Shown here one piece after another: positions 1 through 12,803 of a stretch of 60,427 bases of DNA (position 1 is the stretch's first letter; every line of letters begins with the position of its first letter). The DNA is taken from IMG/VR virus record IMGVR_UViG_3300031403_000011, positions 1 to 60,427 of that record, one strand, 5' to 3'. This DNA is from a virus. Taxonomy: Duplodnaviria; Caudoviricetes. The notes under the pieces were generated by a model, which saw only the letters and a program-made list of their open reading frames with translations, searched no databases and was not told the DNA's origin. The translations under genes were made by a program, and so were the position numbers.

Positions 1-359
1 GTATTCCATTTTCTATTATATTAAGATATAAATTCTGCTTTTATAACAGTTATATTTGAGACAAGATATTTATAAGTTTCTCAAGCTATAACTTGAAAGG
101 AAAGAGTATGAGTTGTAATTCAATACGCATCCATACTGCTCTCTTTTGTTTGAACTCAATTCACATATCAAAATATATAAGCAGCTCAAGTGAAAGTTCA
201 AGTAACCTCTACAACTCAGTCTTTAGAAGCTGTATATGTTACATTATTTTCAAGATTAGATCTCCCCTTAGTAACTGGAAGTAAAAGCTCTACTAATACT
301 TCTGTTTCTGAATGTATTGTTCCTATTCATTTACCTGAATTTAACATATTTATATCTCA
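1..359. repeat. Terminal direct repeat, copy 1 (circular-assembly overlap or DTR)
   Basis: Matches 60069-60427 except at positions 128, 131, 137 and 271. Confidence 0.97.
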
Positions 360-3300
360 ATTAGATTGAGCATATAATCTAGTTCATAGAACACCAGTTA
401 CAATAGGTGTTCGTGTCATTTTAAACCATAAATCGTGGCTCGCTGATTGACCTACTATTTGACCATATGGGTAAGAATTATTATTTGTTTTAACAAGGGT
501 TAATGTAGTATTGGATATGATTTTTAATGTATAAGTTGTTGATTGACTTAATGTAGCGGGGCTACTAAAAACATACGCCGTATGTCAAGTGGCTGTAATA
601 GTGTTATTATTTATGGTCGCAGAAGTAGCTATAACAGTTCAGCTTCCATTTATTACCTGTAGATAAGATGTTCCAAAAAATGTGGTACTCGTACCCGACC
701 TTACAGAGAAAGAATTAAGTTGCGATTTTTGAGTAAGACTAACCGTTTGTTCAATTGTCGTTCAAGCCTGTCAAGTTTGATTAAAACCAAATTCTTCATT
801 AACTTGACTACTTCAAGGTCACTCTAGGGAAGTAAGTCCAGTAAATCATCCTACTATACCAGATATAGCTACATCTATATCATCATTAGCACTTCATCCA
901 TTAATAGATACTCCAAGTATATTTGAGTTATTATGATATAATTTTCATATATTTCAACCCGTACCCCTAGATACTGCCTTACTAGCAGAAATAGTTTCTC
1001 ACGCTGGTAATTTATATGATAACACCTCTGGAGTGTCTCCTCAAGAAGCCTCGGCACTAGTCCATACACTACCATTACTTGTAAGAACATTTCCCGAAGT
1101 TCAAGGAGTAATATTACTAGGTACAGTTATATCTGAACTTCAATTAAACGCCACTCAGTTTATTGTTCTTGCCGTAGCTAGTATTGTAGCCGTTCCAGCA
1201 TTTCCCGTTACTGATGTTTGGTCACCAGTATTAGTTCAAGAAGTATTTCCTATTACTGTTTTTTCAGCATCTGTAACATAATTATCATCTTCTCATTTAG
1301 TTGGCTCTTTTCAATCAAGTGCAACTTGTAATCAAGCAATAGAAGCTATGGAAAGTGCATCTAGTGTAGATTTATTTATAGAGATAAAATCTACAATCTC
1401 TTGAATAGTATCTAATGTCGTATCATCTGAATTAACTAATGTCTCAAGAGAAACAAGTCTATCATTTAATATCTTACCTTGGCTTGCAGATAGAGGTTTT
1501 GTTGTATCTGTAGATATAAGTACATCTTGTATATTAGATATAAGTATTCTAGCATCTACTTTATTATCTACTGTAGCTTTATCATATACATCAAGATTAT
1601 TTCTTGCAGTAGCATAGTTAGATAAATCTGATAAATTATTAACAGCTAACATATCTCATGAACCTTGCCCATCTTCTCAAATATATTTTAAATATAATCA
1701 ATTGAATGCAGAAGCTGCAGGACGAGTAGCAGAATTAGTAACTAACTCAGCTCTCCATTGTAGGCTTTGATTTGGAGTAGCAGAAGATCATGCACCACTT
1801 GAGTTTGTTGCATATGATATATAGAGATACTGAGATGTACCATCTTGTCATCTGAGGTTAGGAGTAGTAACTACCTCATCTGGTCATTCTGTCATAGAGA
1901 ATACTATGTCATATGATCCATCAAGATTATCATCAAGTGTTATATCGGTTATACCGATACCCCTGTCTCATTTGAAATAATCAATAGTGACTGTTATATC
2001 TGGACCGGTAGAGAATTCATATACTAAGTCAAAGGTTTCATTTACAGCATCTACATTACTTGTGATAGCTGTGATATGTCTTCCCTCTGGACCGATGAGT
2101 CATACATTATAAAATCATCCTGCTATTACAGCAGAACCTTTTGTTGGCTCATCAAATATAATCTTTGTAGTATTTGCGTCTACAGCTTTGATAGTTTGTG
2201 GAATAACTTGTTCTCCATACTGATTATATGTATGAACGAATAAGAACTCAGAACCTATGTTATGAGTGATTGTCCATTCTAATTTAGATGTAGGTTGTGG
2301 GTGGTATATACCCTCAGTTCTAATTTCTTGCTCTACAGTTGGTCCAGAAAACTTTCATCCAGTAAATACTATAAATCATTCTTTCGCTTCTGTGAATGTT
2401 ATTTTAGTATGATTGGCTGTTAAGTTTTCTATAGATACTACATCAGATGATGGAATAACTGTATTGTTTGTATCATAGATTTCAGTAATTAAATCTATAG
2501 AATTTAATTGATGATATATATCCCAGACTATTTGAGATCCATTACTTGAATACTTGAATCAAGTTCAAGGCATGTTTCATAGATTTGCATTATCTTCCAT
2601 ACAGATAAACATACCTGTTATATCTATACCTCATTTAGCACATCCATCTGGAGCTTGTGGAACTCTATATACTGTAACTTGTATTTTAGATGCATCAGTA
2701 AAATCTAATCCAGTAAATGAATTAGCTCATAGTTCAAAGTATCAATTCTTTTTAGAGTTTGATATTACTTGAGAAGAGTATGCAGATTCAAATCTTTCAG
2801 ATACTCATCCATGAATATTAAATACTTTTACAATTGTTTCTATATAAACAGATGTAGCATCATCAAGATTACTTGTAAATATTTTTACATTGTCTACATC
2901 GTCATATCAATTGATATTTGTTATTTCCCCCCAGAATCAAGATTTACCTCCATCAGATAATGTAAGAAATCTTTTTGTGTCTTGAGTATTGATATATGCA
3001 CCTTGATATTCAGTAGGCCATATAACAGCAGATTGACATGCTTGTAAAGCAAGTGATCCTGTTACGAATGATTCTACAGTTATAAGATTTGGATCATTAG
3101 GATTTGGTACAAATTTAACTCATGAACCCGGTAGATATTTATCTATAGGTCAAGCCAATGTAATCTCATCTAATTGAGTTTTATATTTATCTTCAAAGTT
3201 ATTATCAGATAAATCTTTTCATGAAACTTTATCTACTTTAGTATCAAGAGCTAATGCAATAGCTTTTTCTGAAACATACTTAGTATCAGATGCATTATTA

Positions 3301-4148
3301 GTTGCTCTGATAGTTGTAAGTATATTACTTACTAATTGGTACACAGAAAGATCTGGCTTATTCTTTATGAAGTTTATTGCCAGAGCATTCATTTGCCCCC
3401 AGTCAGATTGTACTTGAGCTGCAGGAATAGTAGGTTTAGATTTTATAAAATCATCAGCACTTGGATCTGTTTGATTCCAATTGGACTGTACATTCTTATT
3501 AGCAGTTTCATCAAATGAATTTATTTTTGCAATCATTGCATCTGATAATCCAGAACCAATTGGTAATGTTTTGGTAGGTGTAATAGATTGTAATCATCCA
3601 TTTGAATCTACTTCTATTCTTGCTATCTCAATATGATTAAGATTTTCTACATCAGTAATAATATATTTATAGTTTCAGTTATCTTCTACTACATATAAGT
3701 AATTGAGAGTATCAAATATTAATTCTTGATCTGGATCAATAGTAGAACCTGTATTAAGTTCTGCAAGATTCATTTGAATCCCATCTATATAAAATGCTCC
3801 TCAGTTTATAGAGAAGTTAGATTGGTCTATTTGATGTATAGCATTTTGTTCAAATACATTTTCTAATAAATAATTTATATATCCTATTGCTCCACTCATT
3901 ACTTGAGAGTTTTTTGGATGTGATACAGGATTAGATCTATTAGTATGATATGTATATACAGTATTAGCATTTTTTCTATGATAGAATATTCTATCTTCTT
4001 GTCATACAACTCATGGTTCTAGAACCAAAAATCCCATATCTCATGGGTGTTCTTTGGATAACTCTATAGCTATCTCTCAAGTAGATGTTTGAGGGATGGC
4101 ACTAAGAATATATGATTCGTAGTTGTATTGTATATTGGTAAGATTCAT
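21..4148 (-). CDS. Long tail fibre / receptor-binding protein (~1375 aa, code 25)
   Basis: ORF-track fragments 1332-1652 and 3219-3536 share a frame and join through TGA. Motifs: VQSNWNQTD...FIKNKP repeats, NNLSDL...ARNNL, KPLSASQGKIL, two W(D/T)I.H.(L/I) beta-domain repeats, short G-X-Y runs. Confidence 0.85.
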
Positions 4149-4205
4149 TTGTGAATGTATTTAATTATCTTAAATAGTATACACTTCTGACATAACTATA
4201 TCAAG

Positions 4206-5597
4206 TTATTCAGAAGTATATCTTGCTTTAATTTCAGTAAGAACTCTTTTTCTTAATGAATCATATCTATCTTTATCAGTATTTTTTAATTCTCAGTATT
4301 GATCTGTAAACTTTTTCCAAAGAGTATTCGCAGTTTTTTTAGCCTTATCATCTTTGAATCATTCGTCTTTTGCTGCTTGATCTCTTTGTGCAGGAAGTCT
4401 ATCCTTTTCTATAGTGTCACTTTTTCTTGGATCTCATTGAGCATCACGAATTCATTCAGTAGTATCATTAGGAAATACTTCACTTCCATCTTTATTGAAG
4501 TTAGGATTACCTCTATCTTTTGCTGCGTTTCCTTGCTCTAGAATCTTTTGTTTAAATTCTCTTTCATTATCAGATAGATCTTCATCATTTTTCTGGAAGA
4601 GAGCATTTGTTTTAGCATCAAATTCAGATGAGTCACTAGCCTCTCTTGCAAGTTCTCCATATATAAATGAGTAACTAGCATTAGGATTCTTTTGAATAAT
4701 CTTTTCTACTGAGAGTCATAGTTTTTCAAATCATGGTATGCTTACCATCTTTGCTCTAGTATAAGCAGCTTTCTGAGCAAGATCCATACCTTGGTATTCT
4801 TGTTCAGTATCTTGAAGTCTTTCTCTTTGGAGTCCTCGTTCAGATTCTTCTATACCTTTATTCCTTACAATTTCTTGATAGAAACTTGCTACATCATCAA
4901 TTGCTTTTTGATTTCATTTCTTTGCTTCGTCCAGAGCATTCAGTATTGGAGCGAATGCATTATCACGAATAACATCTTTAAATTGATCTATATTAGATTG
5001 TATTTCAAATTCTTGTATACCAATATTTTTTAAATCAGCATCTATAGTTCTATTATTCTCAAGCTCATATTGTTCTGCAGTCATTATGTTTTGACCATAC
5101 TTAGCTATGATATCATCTTTAATAGATATCTTTTCTCATTCAGATAACTGAACTCATTGTGATCCTGCTTTTGCTGCAGCAATGTTTGCTTGTCTAGATG
5201 CAATACCTTTTTGTCTATCAGTAATATCAGAGAGCTCGTCTCTTCTTTGATTATCAGATATATCTTTATAATCATCTATTACTTCTTTTACATCATCTTC
5301 TCGTTTTTCAACTCTATCAAGCTTAGGTGCATCTCTCTCTATGGTTTTATCTGATATCTTTTTTCAGAATTTCACAGAATTTTTAGCAGTAGCATCTGCA
5401 ATAGCATTTGCATTTTGCTCTAGTTTTTTACCAGTCTCATTAGCTTTATTCATATTGAAGTTGTTTGATCTTCAACCTATTCATAAATTCATAGTGCTAT
5501 CTTTTAGACTTTTAAGTCTATTAGCATCTACTTTTTTTCAAGCAGCTTTATCTTTTTTCAAAGAATTGAGCTCAGTAACTAAATCTGTTTTTTTCAT
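4206..5597 (-). CDS. Putative internal virion / ejection protein (463 aa, helical, K/D/Q/A-rich)
   Basis: Open in code 25 (MKKTDLVTELNSLKK...RYTSE); lies after the tail genes; function inferred from position. Confidence 0.55.
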
Positions 5598-5602
5598 AAT
5601 GT

Positions 5603-7399
5603 TTAATTAGATTGTAATGGTTCGTTTATATAAGGTTTTGTTTTATCTGCGACAATATAGCTTCATCCATATACAAATCTATTGATACCATGAAAGCTGA
5701 ATCTCCAGAATCTTCATAGCTTGAATATGTTATTCTGTATGCTTACTACATTACCAGTATATCTTGCGATATTTTTGTGTCAAATTTGCAAATGTGATGT
5801 GTCTACATGATTATCAAATAAATAATTATCATATGGTAGAACTTCTTTTTTTAATTGATGACCTATTTCTCTTTCCATACTGAGAGCAAGCCTTAGTCTG
5901 TCATCATCATCTCATTGTTTTTTAGCACTTGTTATTTCTGGATGAAGTCAGAATATAGTTCTAATTATATTTGGTCTTATAAGTTCATATTGGCCTGTGA
6001 CTTGGAAGTTTATTTCTTGTTCATACTCTTCTCATAGATCAGTATATCATTCAATCTTAGATACTCATCCACCATATAGGTGTTTTCATTCTCAGATTTT
6101 ATATATCTTTTTATTATAAGTATGAAGTAACCAATGCTGATATTGTTTATCAAATTCTACATCTACAGTTTTTCAATCATTAGTCCATAAGAAATGCATA
6201 ACTTTATCGTCTGCATTTACAAATACTTCTCATCCATCTAAATCCTCAAAGAGTCATCTGGAATTAAGTGTTATGTTTTTAGTAACGAAATCAAATGATA
6301 GATTATCTGTACTTACAATATTTACCTGCATAAGTTGTTTATCATCTTGGAGTATGAGTAAACTACTATCTTCAAATATATATGAATATTTTGAATAGAG
6401 CTCTGCAGTATAATTGAGTGGATATGATATATATGATGATACACCATCTATTCAAGTAGACTGTGTATAGATACTGTTTTCATTCTTATCAGACATACCT
6501 ATAAGGTACTTACCAGAATTTATAAGCTTGTATCATCCATCTAATCTAAATCTATCTAGTGGATAGAATTGAGTATTATCATCAAATGTATTTCTTGAAT
6601 AGAATACTTTACCATCAGATAATATAAATATACCTCAGCTAAAGTTTACTACATCTGTAACAGGGCCATTGAATACTTTTATATCATGAGGCTGTGCTTG
6701 CTCATCTAATATAAGAACATGAAGTCCATCATTTGCTCATACACAGAGAGTAGTTCAGAAACTTTGTCATGAAGTAATTACTACATTATTTCAATTAAGT
6801 GGAAGAGAACCACGAGAGTTTGTTCCTATAATATATAGATGGTTATCATCTACCCATTCTATTTCATTAGAACCTCATTTTAATATTCCATCTTCAAATG
6901 TTATATAATCTCATACAGCTACTTGATCTCAGCTATATGCTATTTTAATATATCATCCATCATAAAAATTAATTTCATTATCTTCTGGAAGATCTGTTAT
7001 AGCTACATCAGATAATTCTGGAGTTCCAGATATAGTAAATGAATCTTTTATTTGTCAGTATGGTCATCTTCAAAGAGCGAACTTTAATGGAGTGTTTTCT
7101 AATCTTTGATATGGACCGGCTATATCTTTGATCTCGCTGCCAGTATCAACTGATACATACATAAACTCATCTTTGTGAGATAAGTAGTATGTGTGTCATT
7201 TTATGAATACACTATCAGTATAATTTCTATCATCTATATGATATTGTTTTTGTCATAGTCTTTTATCTAGGAAGAACTTCTCATTATAAAATCCCTTATT
7301 AGTTTCATAATAAGGTTTTACAACTCTACAGTTATATATTTTTTCATATATAGAATTGAGGGAGTTTACTTGGAGATTAAATTCTAATCATGTTATCAT
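5603..7399 (-). CDS. Putative tail nozzle / DNA stabilization protein (P22 gp10 or T7 gp12-like, ~598 aa)
   Basis: Code 25 ORF MITGLEFNLQ..., beta-rich, directly downstream of the adaptor in podovirus gene order. Confidence 0.6.
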
Positions 7400-8019
7400 A
7401 GGTTTATAGATTGATTATCAGTTAGAGAATCATCTTGTATAAGTTCTCGTAATCTTTGTTCTGCATGACCATGGAAATCATACTCAGATGTTTCTCCGGC
7501 CATTAGATTAATAGGAGCAGCCCAATCATATACTTTCTTAGTAAGTGCAGGAATAAAACTATGAGGCAATGGTAGTATATTTTGAGATCACTTAGATCAT
7601 TCTACTACATCTGCATAGTCTCGCCATATATATGCTTTAATATATGTGATAGTTATTTCAGTAATATCAGATGTTGTAGTGATAACATTTTCTCAATGTT
7701 CAAATGCATACTCAGTATTATTTTTAACTGAGTATAATGTTGGATTCATTTTTCATGATACATCTGGAGAAAAACATTCCCATGATTTTCTTATAGGATG
7801 TTTTGTTTTAAATATATTATATCTTCATTGAGTAGAATCTGGTGTAAGAGTTTCAGTCTTATAAAGAAATGTATAGTTATCTTTATTGTAAATATCCTGT
7901 ATAGACATATTAGTATACAGCATAATTGCATCATGATCTGCTAGGTCTGGAAATCCCCTTTGCATAAAGAAAGGGTTTATCATTGATAGGAACTTAGCAT
8001 ATGTGAGTTGGTAAGCCAT
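7393..8019 (-). CDS. Putative head-tail adaptor (208 aa)
   Basis: MAYQLTYAKFL...ILPLPHSFIPAL...; size and position right after the capsid gene. Confidence 0.65.
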
Positions 8020-8046
8020 TGGAAAGTTGTTTATAATATTATTTTC

Positions 8047-8074
8047 ATTATACGGAGTACAAGAGTATTTGCAA
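8047..8074 (-). promoter_or_regulatory. sigma70-like promoter TTGCAA-N16-TATAAT
   Basis: Between the capsid terminator and the adaptor ATG. Confidence 0.6.
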
Positions 8075-8108
8075 AATAAACAAAAGCTCCCCATTTCTGG
8101 AGAGCTTT
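8073..8108 (-). terminator. Intrinsic terminator after the capsid gene
   Basis: AAAGCTCTCC-AGAAAT-GGGGAGCTTT followed by TGTTTATTTT. Confidence 0.75.
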
Positions 8109-8127
8109 CTTATAAGAGAACTACTGA

Positions 8128-9477
8128 CTAGTAGTTTATAATTTTCTTATATGTATTTGGGAATGTCTGTCCACCAAATATGTTTGCAATGATCATAAGC
8201 ATTTGATACTTAACACATTCTACAGAAGTTTGAGGAAGCTTTAGAACTGAGTAACCATTGGCCATAGTTCTTGTAAGCGTACCATTTGCATCCACAGACA
8301 TGAATTCTGGTACTTTAAATGTTACAAGATGTTTAGGCATAATATACCCAACAGCTCTATATGGTTCAAGTTTGTTTAATGTATGAGATACAATGAATTC
8401 TACATTCTTGAAGAATGGAGAAGTAAACTTAGGGAGTCCAAAGGCAATTGTATTTTCTTTGAGCTCGTAACCTCCAAGTCCATCTTTATAATCCATCAGA
8501 TCCTCAGTAAGCTGAGTAACCATTGTATCATTGATGAACATCGTAGCAACTTCATTACCCTTATAGACTGGTGCAGAGTTTGCATCATTAAGAATTTTCA
8601 CAAGATGGAAAAGTCTTTTTCTAGGAGTATCAAGTGCAGTAAGAGTAGAGTAATCAATGATTGCAGTACCTGCTCCATCTCTTGTCTCTTTACCATTTAC
8701 TACATGATCTAGACCTTGAGTCTCTGATTTTGATCCTGCTTTATTTCTACCAAGGTAGAATGCATTTGCAAAGTTAGAGTTAGATCTATTTGCGACTGTA
8801 GAGAATTTACTCTTTACATATTCTTGAGCATCAAGAACCAATCTTTTTTGATTGATATCACAAGTTTTGAATTCAACTGATCCACCAAATCTTTGGAAGT
8901 AAGATTTAACAGGAGTCATTTCATCATCTGCAGCACCTCTTGTAATCTCTTCACACTCTTCAATAGTAGTGTAAACATATACAATAGTGTCTCCCTCTTT
9001 TACAGTTACAGCAGTATCTACTGTAATTGTATCATTAGCTACATCAATAGAACTAATCTCTACTTGAGCTGCTACACCTGCAGAACCGATAGCCGGTCTG
9101 ATAGCTATAACATCTCCTGCAGCGAAGTATTTCATATCCTCAGCAGGGATTTCAAATGTAGTTCCTGCAGTCACATCAGCGACTACCTCAGAAGTTTCTG
9201 TAAACAGACCTACTTCATACCAGTAAACTTCATTTTTTCCGACAGTCATGTCAGATTCAATTGCACCGATTTTCTTAAAACCTAGTGCTCGTTTTTGAGC
9301 ATAAGTAAGTTTATTCATAAACTTACCTCCGTTATCAAAACGATTTGGATTATCAAGACCCAAGTACATGAGCTCTGGATAATCTCTAATAAATGGAGCT
9401 ATAATAGATAGCCCTTTACTCGCAACATTGTCTAAGACAGATTGTGGAGTAGTAACAGTACCAACAGCATCAGCCAT
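8128..9477 (-). CDS. Major capsid protein (449 aa, probable HK97 fold with an inserted beta domain)
   Basis: Follows an acidic scaffold gene and precedes a terminator; AFYLGR...TQGL motif typical of SU10/DUF5309-like capsids; contains no TGA. Confidence 0.85.
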   Translation of the reverse strand: MADAVGTVTTPQSVLDNVASKGLSIIAPFIRDYPELMYLGLDNPNRFDNGGKFMNKLTYAQKRALGFKKIGAIESDMTVGKNEVYWYEVGLFTETSEVVADVTAGTTFEIPAEDMKYFAAGDVIAIRPAIGSAGVAAQVEISSIDVANDTITVDTAVTVKEGDTIVYVYTTIEECEEITRGAADDEMTPVKSYFQRFGGSVEFKTCDINQKRLVLDAQEYVKSKFSTVANRSNSNFANAFYLGRNKAGSKSETQGLDHVVNGKETRDGAGTAIIDYSTLTALDTPRKRLFHLVKILNDANSAPVYKGNEVATMFINDTMVTQLTEDLMDYKDGLGGYELKENTIAFGLPKFTSPFFKNVEFIVSHTLNKLEPYRAVGYIMPKHLVTFKVPEFMSVDANGTLTRTMANGYSVLKLPQTSVECVKYQMLMIIANIFGGQTFPNTYKKIINY

Positions 9478-9534
9478 AATTTTTATAAATAGGAAATATA
9501 ATTTTACCTATAGTGTGAAAGTTTGGTTGTTGTT

Positions 9535-10353
9535 TTATAGTTCTAGTTCAAAGTCATCTTCTCAGCTCTTGTCTTTATATTTAGCATTAGAGCTATTGTT
9601 ATAACTTTCAACAGCAGAGATTTTATCTAAATCAGAATCTATCTTTTCTTTATCCATGTCTTTACCTGTAACAGTTTCGTACATGTCTTTGAGAACTTGA
9701 GAGACTTTACTCTTAGAAGCTTCATCTCAATTCATCGCTTTCTCATAATGCTTTACAGCTATAAGAAGAGATGGATCTGTGAAGTTTCATCCGAATGCTT
9801 CAAGCTCTGCATTCTTTAGAGACATATCAGCAGTATCAGACATAAGTTTCCTTATGGTTTGCTGCATCTTCTCTTGATTTTCTCGGAGTCTAGAATTGTC
9901 ATCCTTGAGAATCTGAACATTAGCATTATCTTTTCACAAGTCTTTCTCAAGATCTTTAACAGCTTTATCAGATTTTTTCTCAGATTCATCACTATCATCA
10001 TCCATAGAATCTAATAGCTTTTCAATCTCATCTAAATCTTTATCTTCACTAGATTTTTCATCTTCTTTATCAGAAGAGTCATCATCAGTTTGCTTGTCTT
10101 TATCTGCATCTACTTTATCATCAGTAGTTTTGTCATCAGTAGCATCATCTTTTTTATCGGAATTGTCTTCTGAATCTTTTTCTTTTGAGTCATTAGTAGC
10201 ATCTGCATCAAGTGCATCAGCAAGATCTTCATCTTTTTTATCATCTGATTCATCTCAGATGTTATCAAAGTCTACAGATCAACTACCAGAATCTAATATC
10301 TCAGTATCTGGAGTTTCGTCAAAATCAAAGTCTAGTGAATCGTTATCAGCCAT
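9535..10353 (-). CDS. Capsid scaffolding protein (272 aa)
   Basis: Very D/E/K-rich N-terminal half plus coiled coil, immediately upstream of the capsid gene. Confidence 0.75.
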
Positions 10354-10700
10354 TATTGCTCGTTGTTAGATTGTAATGCATTCTCATAATAGAGAATTAT
10401 GTTTTCACATATTTCAGGAAGTCAATCATACTTGATTGTTTCACTGTGTTTGTTTGCTGCAAGTTTTGTTCATACAGAGGACCAGTAATATGCCATTATG
10501 AAACTGACTAGGTTCTCTATATCTTTAACATTCATTGCTGCTAGATACTCTCATATAAATTTATAATCAGTATCAACCAAATTAACTCAAGGAAACATAT
10601 TTCTAATTAATGCCCCCTTAGTATTCTCAGTATATGTTTTGTCTTTCTTATTGTCAATAATTTTTTCTCTAAGCTTATTGAACTTATCTGAATAATCCAT
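10353..10700 (-). CDS. Hypothetical protein (115 aa)
   Basis: Code 25 ORF MDYSDKFNKL...; TAATG coupling to the scaffold gene. Confidence 0.65.
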
Positions 10701-10753
10701 AAGTATTTGTTATGTGATATATAATTGAATTATATTGGTATTATATATAAAGC

Positions 10754-10785
10754 AAAAAAAAAGCTCTCTATTACTAGAGAACTCT
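10754..10785 (-). terminator. Intrinsic terminator after the portal gene
   Basis: AGTTCTCTA-GTAA-TAGAGAGC followed by T9. Confidence 0.8.
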
Positions 10786-10851
10786 TCTTCAACAACCTTG
10801 TCTTTTACTACAAGCAGATATATCATATCAGATATAACATTGTAGGTCAAA

Positions 10852-12798
10852 TTATAATATTGCTTTAACTTGATCCATAAGATTTATATCTTCATCTTGT
10901 GATGTATCTATATTTTCAGATTCTAATAATGAATCAATATCATTATCTTCTTGTACTCAAGCTAGAGTTTCTTGTTCTTCTAGTTTTACTATACTATCAA
11001 AATCAAAGTCTTTTCACATAAGTGCTTTAATGAGCTCATCAAGATTAACTTTATCTCAAGCATATTGTAATATGAATTGAAATACTTCTTGAAGTGTTCC
11101 TCTCTGTGCTTCTTTTTGAAGTTTATCTAGAGAGTTATAAGTAAACGAAATATTCTTTTCATTTATAATAGATTTTATATCTAGACCATTTATTTTAAAT
11201 GTATCTATTACTTCTTTTTTTCATTGAGTCTTTGTGATTCTTTCTACTACTATTCATAGTTGCTCAAGTTCTTCGGTAGTAAAGAATTGTAAGTACATGA
11301 GAATCCAGTTACGAGATGTATCTGCCATCATCTGATCTATACTATCTGTAATAGGAGTAAGCTTAGATTTATATTGATCTAATATAAGATCAACTCAGCC
11401 AGCTACTCTTTCTGCTCTACCTTGTCATCCAAGTATATATTCATTTACACCAGATCTTTGTTCTGCTGTAGACTGTACAGCTTGCATAAAGTTTATAGGA
11501 GCAAAGTCTGTAGTACCAAGAGATATTTTTTCTATATCACTCTGGCCATTAGTTCTAAATACTTTAAATGATTTGAAATCTAATGATCCATTTTTTCATA
11601 TTGGTAGATTACCAGATACTTTAAATAGAGGTCATAGTGTAAGTTTAATATTGTCTAAGAATGAATTCCATAACATATTCTGGATATCTTGTAATCCTCA
11701 TAGATTATCTGCAATACCATTTGCATTACCAGTTCAAGGAATACTTGAGAACATTATTTCTCTAATATCTCCAAGTGCATATTTTCTTTTTCAATACCAT
11801 AGGATATTTCAATTGATAAATATATATGACATATCAGTAGTTTTATATTCTACTAATTCAAAAGTAGATTCCTTTTGATTTAAGAAATAATTATTCTTAT
11901 CTTCTTTGATAGAATCATCAGCTACTTCTACTCATACCTTTCTAGATTTGATTTGTGGTAAATCATATGGAGATGTATTTGTAGATGCATCTGCTCAAGG
12001 AATAGATGGAGTATTAGATGACTTTAATCTATCTGAATCTATATAAGATTTTAATAATTGCACAGAAGATGTAAGATGCTTTACTGAATTGTAATCATAA
12101 TTAGAAAATCTATTTCAATAATTATCTTTAGATTTATCTAATATTTTTTCAATTTTTTTAATCATTGCACTTCTTTTAGAGTCATCTATATCATCCATAT
12201 AAAGTGGAAGAACTTTATTAATTATAGATTCTCATGTAGAGAATGTTCTAATAATTTTAAATGGAGATTTAGATAATCATTTAGATCTCTCATACATAAC
12301 ATCAAATACAGACATAAATTCCATAGATGGTATTTTTACTTCTGTTTCAATATCTTCTCAGAGTATTTTTTGAGTTTCTTTTTTTCTATATATGAAATCT
12401 CTTGAGTATGCTTTTCAAGTAATGAGACATTCTTTAGCACAATCTTTTAATGCTTGCTTTCAGCTTCATCTAAAATCAAATGCATCCATACATGCTTTTT
12501 TTAATTTTGATTCAGTAATACCAAATTGATATCAGAAATCAAATATGTTAGCGAACATAGTATCTACTACGGAAGATACTAAAGGATAACTAACATTTGT
12601 TTGCCAAGGTTCAATAGACGATTGTCTCTCAGCTATAAATTCTAAATACCTCTTATAGTTATTTATGAACTTAATGAAATCATAATTGTGGAAATCACAA
12701 ATAGTATCTCTTATAATTTGCTCTACATCAGAAATTTTTTTCTTAGTTTCTAAATCAAGTTTAGAAATTTCTTCTGGTGTTAATATTTTTTTTTCCAT
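10852..12798 (-). CDS. Portal protein (~648 aa, P22/SU10-like)
   Basis: W.TNV.YPL...VDT motif near the N-terminus; position between TerL and scaffold/capsid. Confidence 0.85.
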
Positions 12799-12803
12799 AT
12801 TTA

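Noticed and set aside
1-4148. Complete diversity-generating retroelement
   Set aside because: No reverse transcriptase or separate template repeat was seen; the second copy is just the terminal overlap
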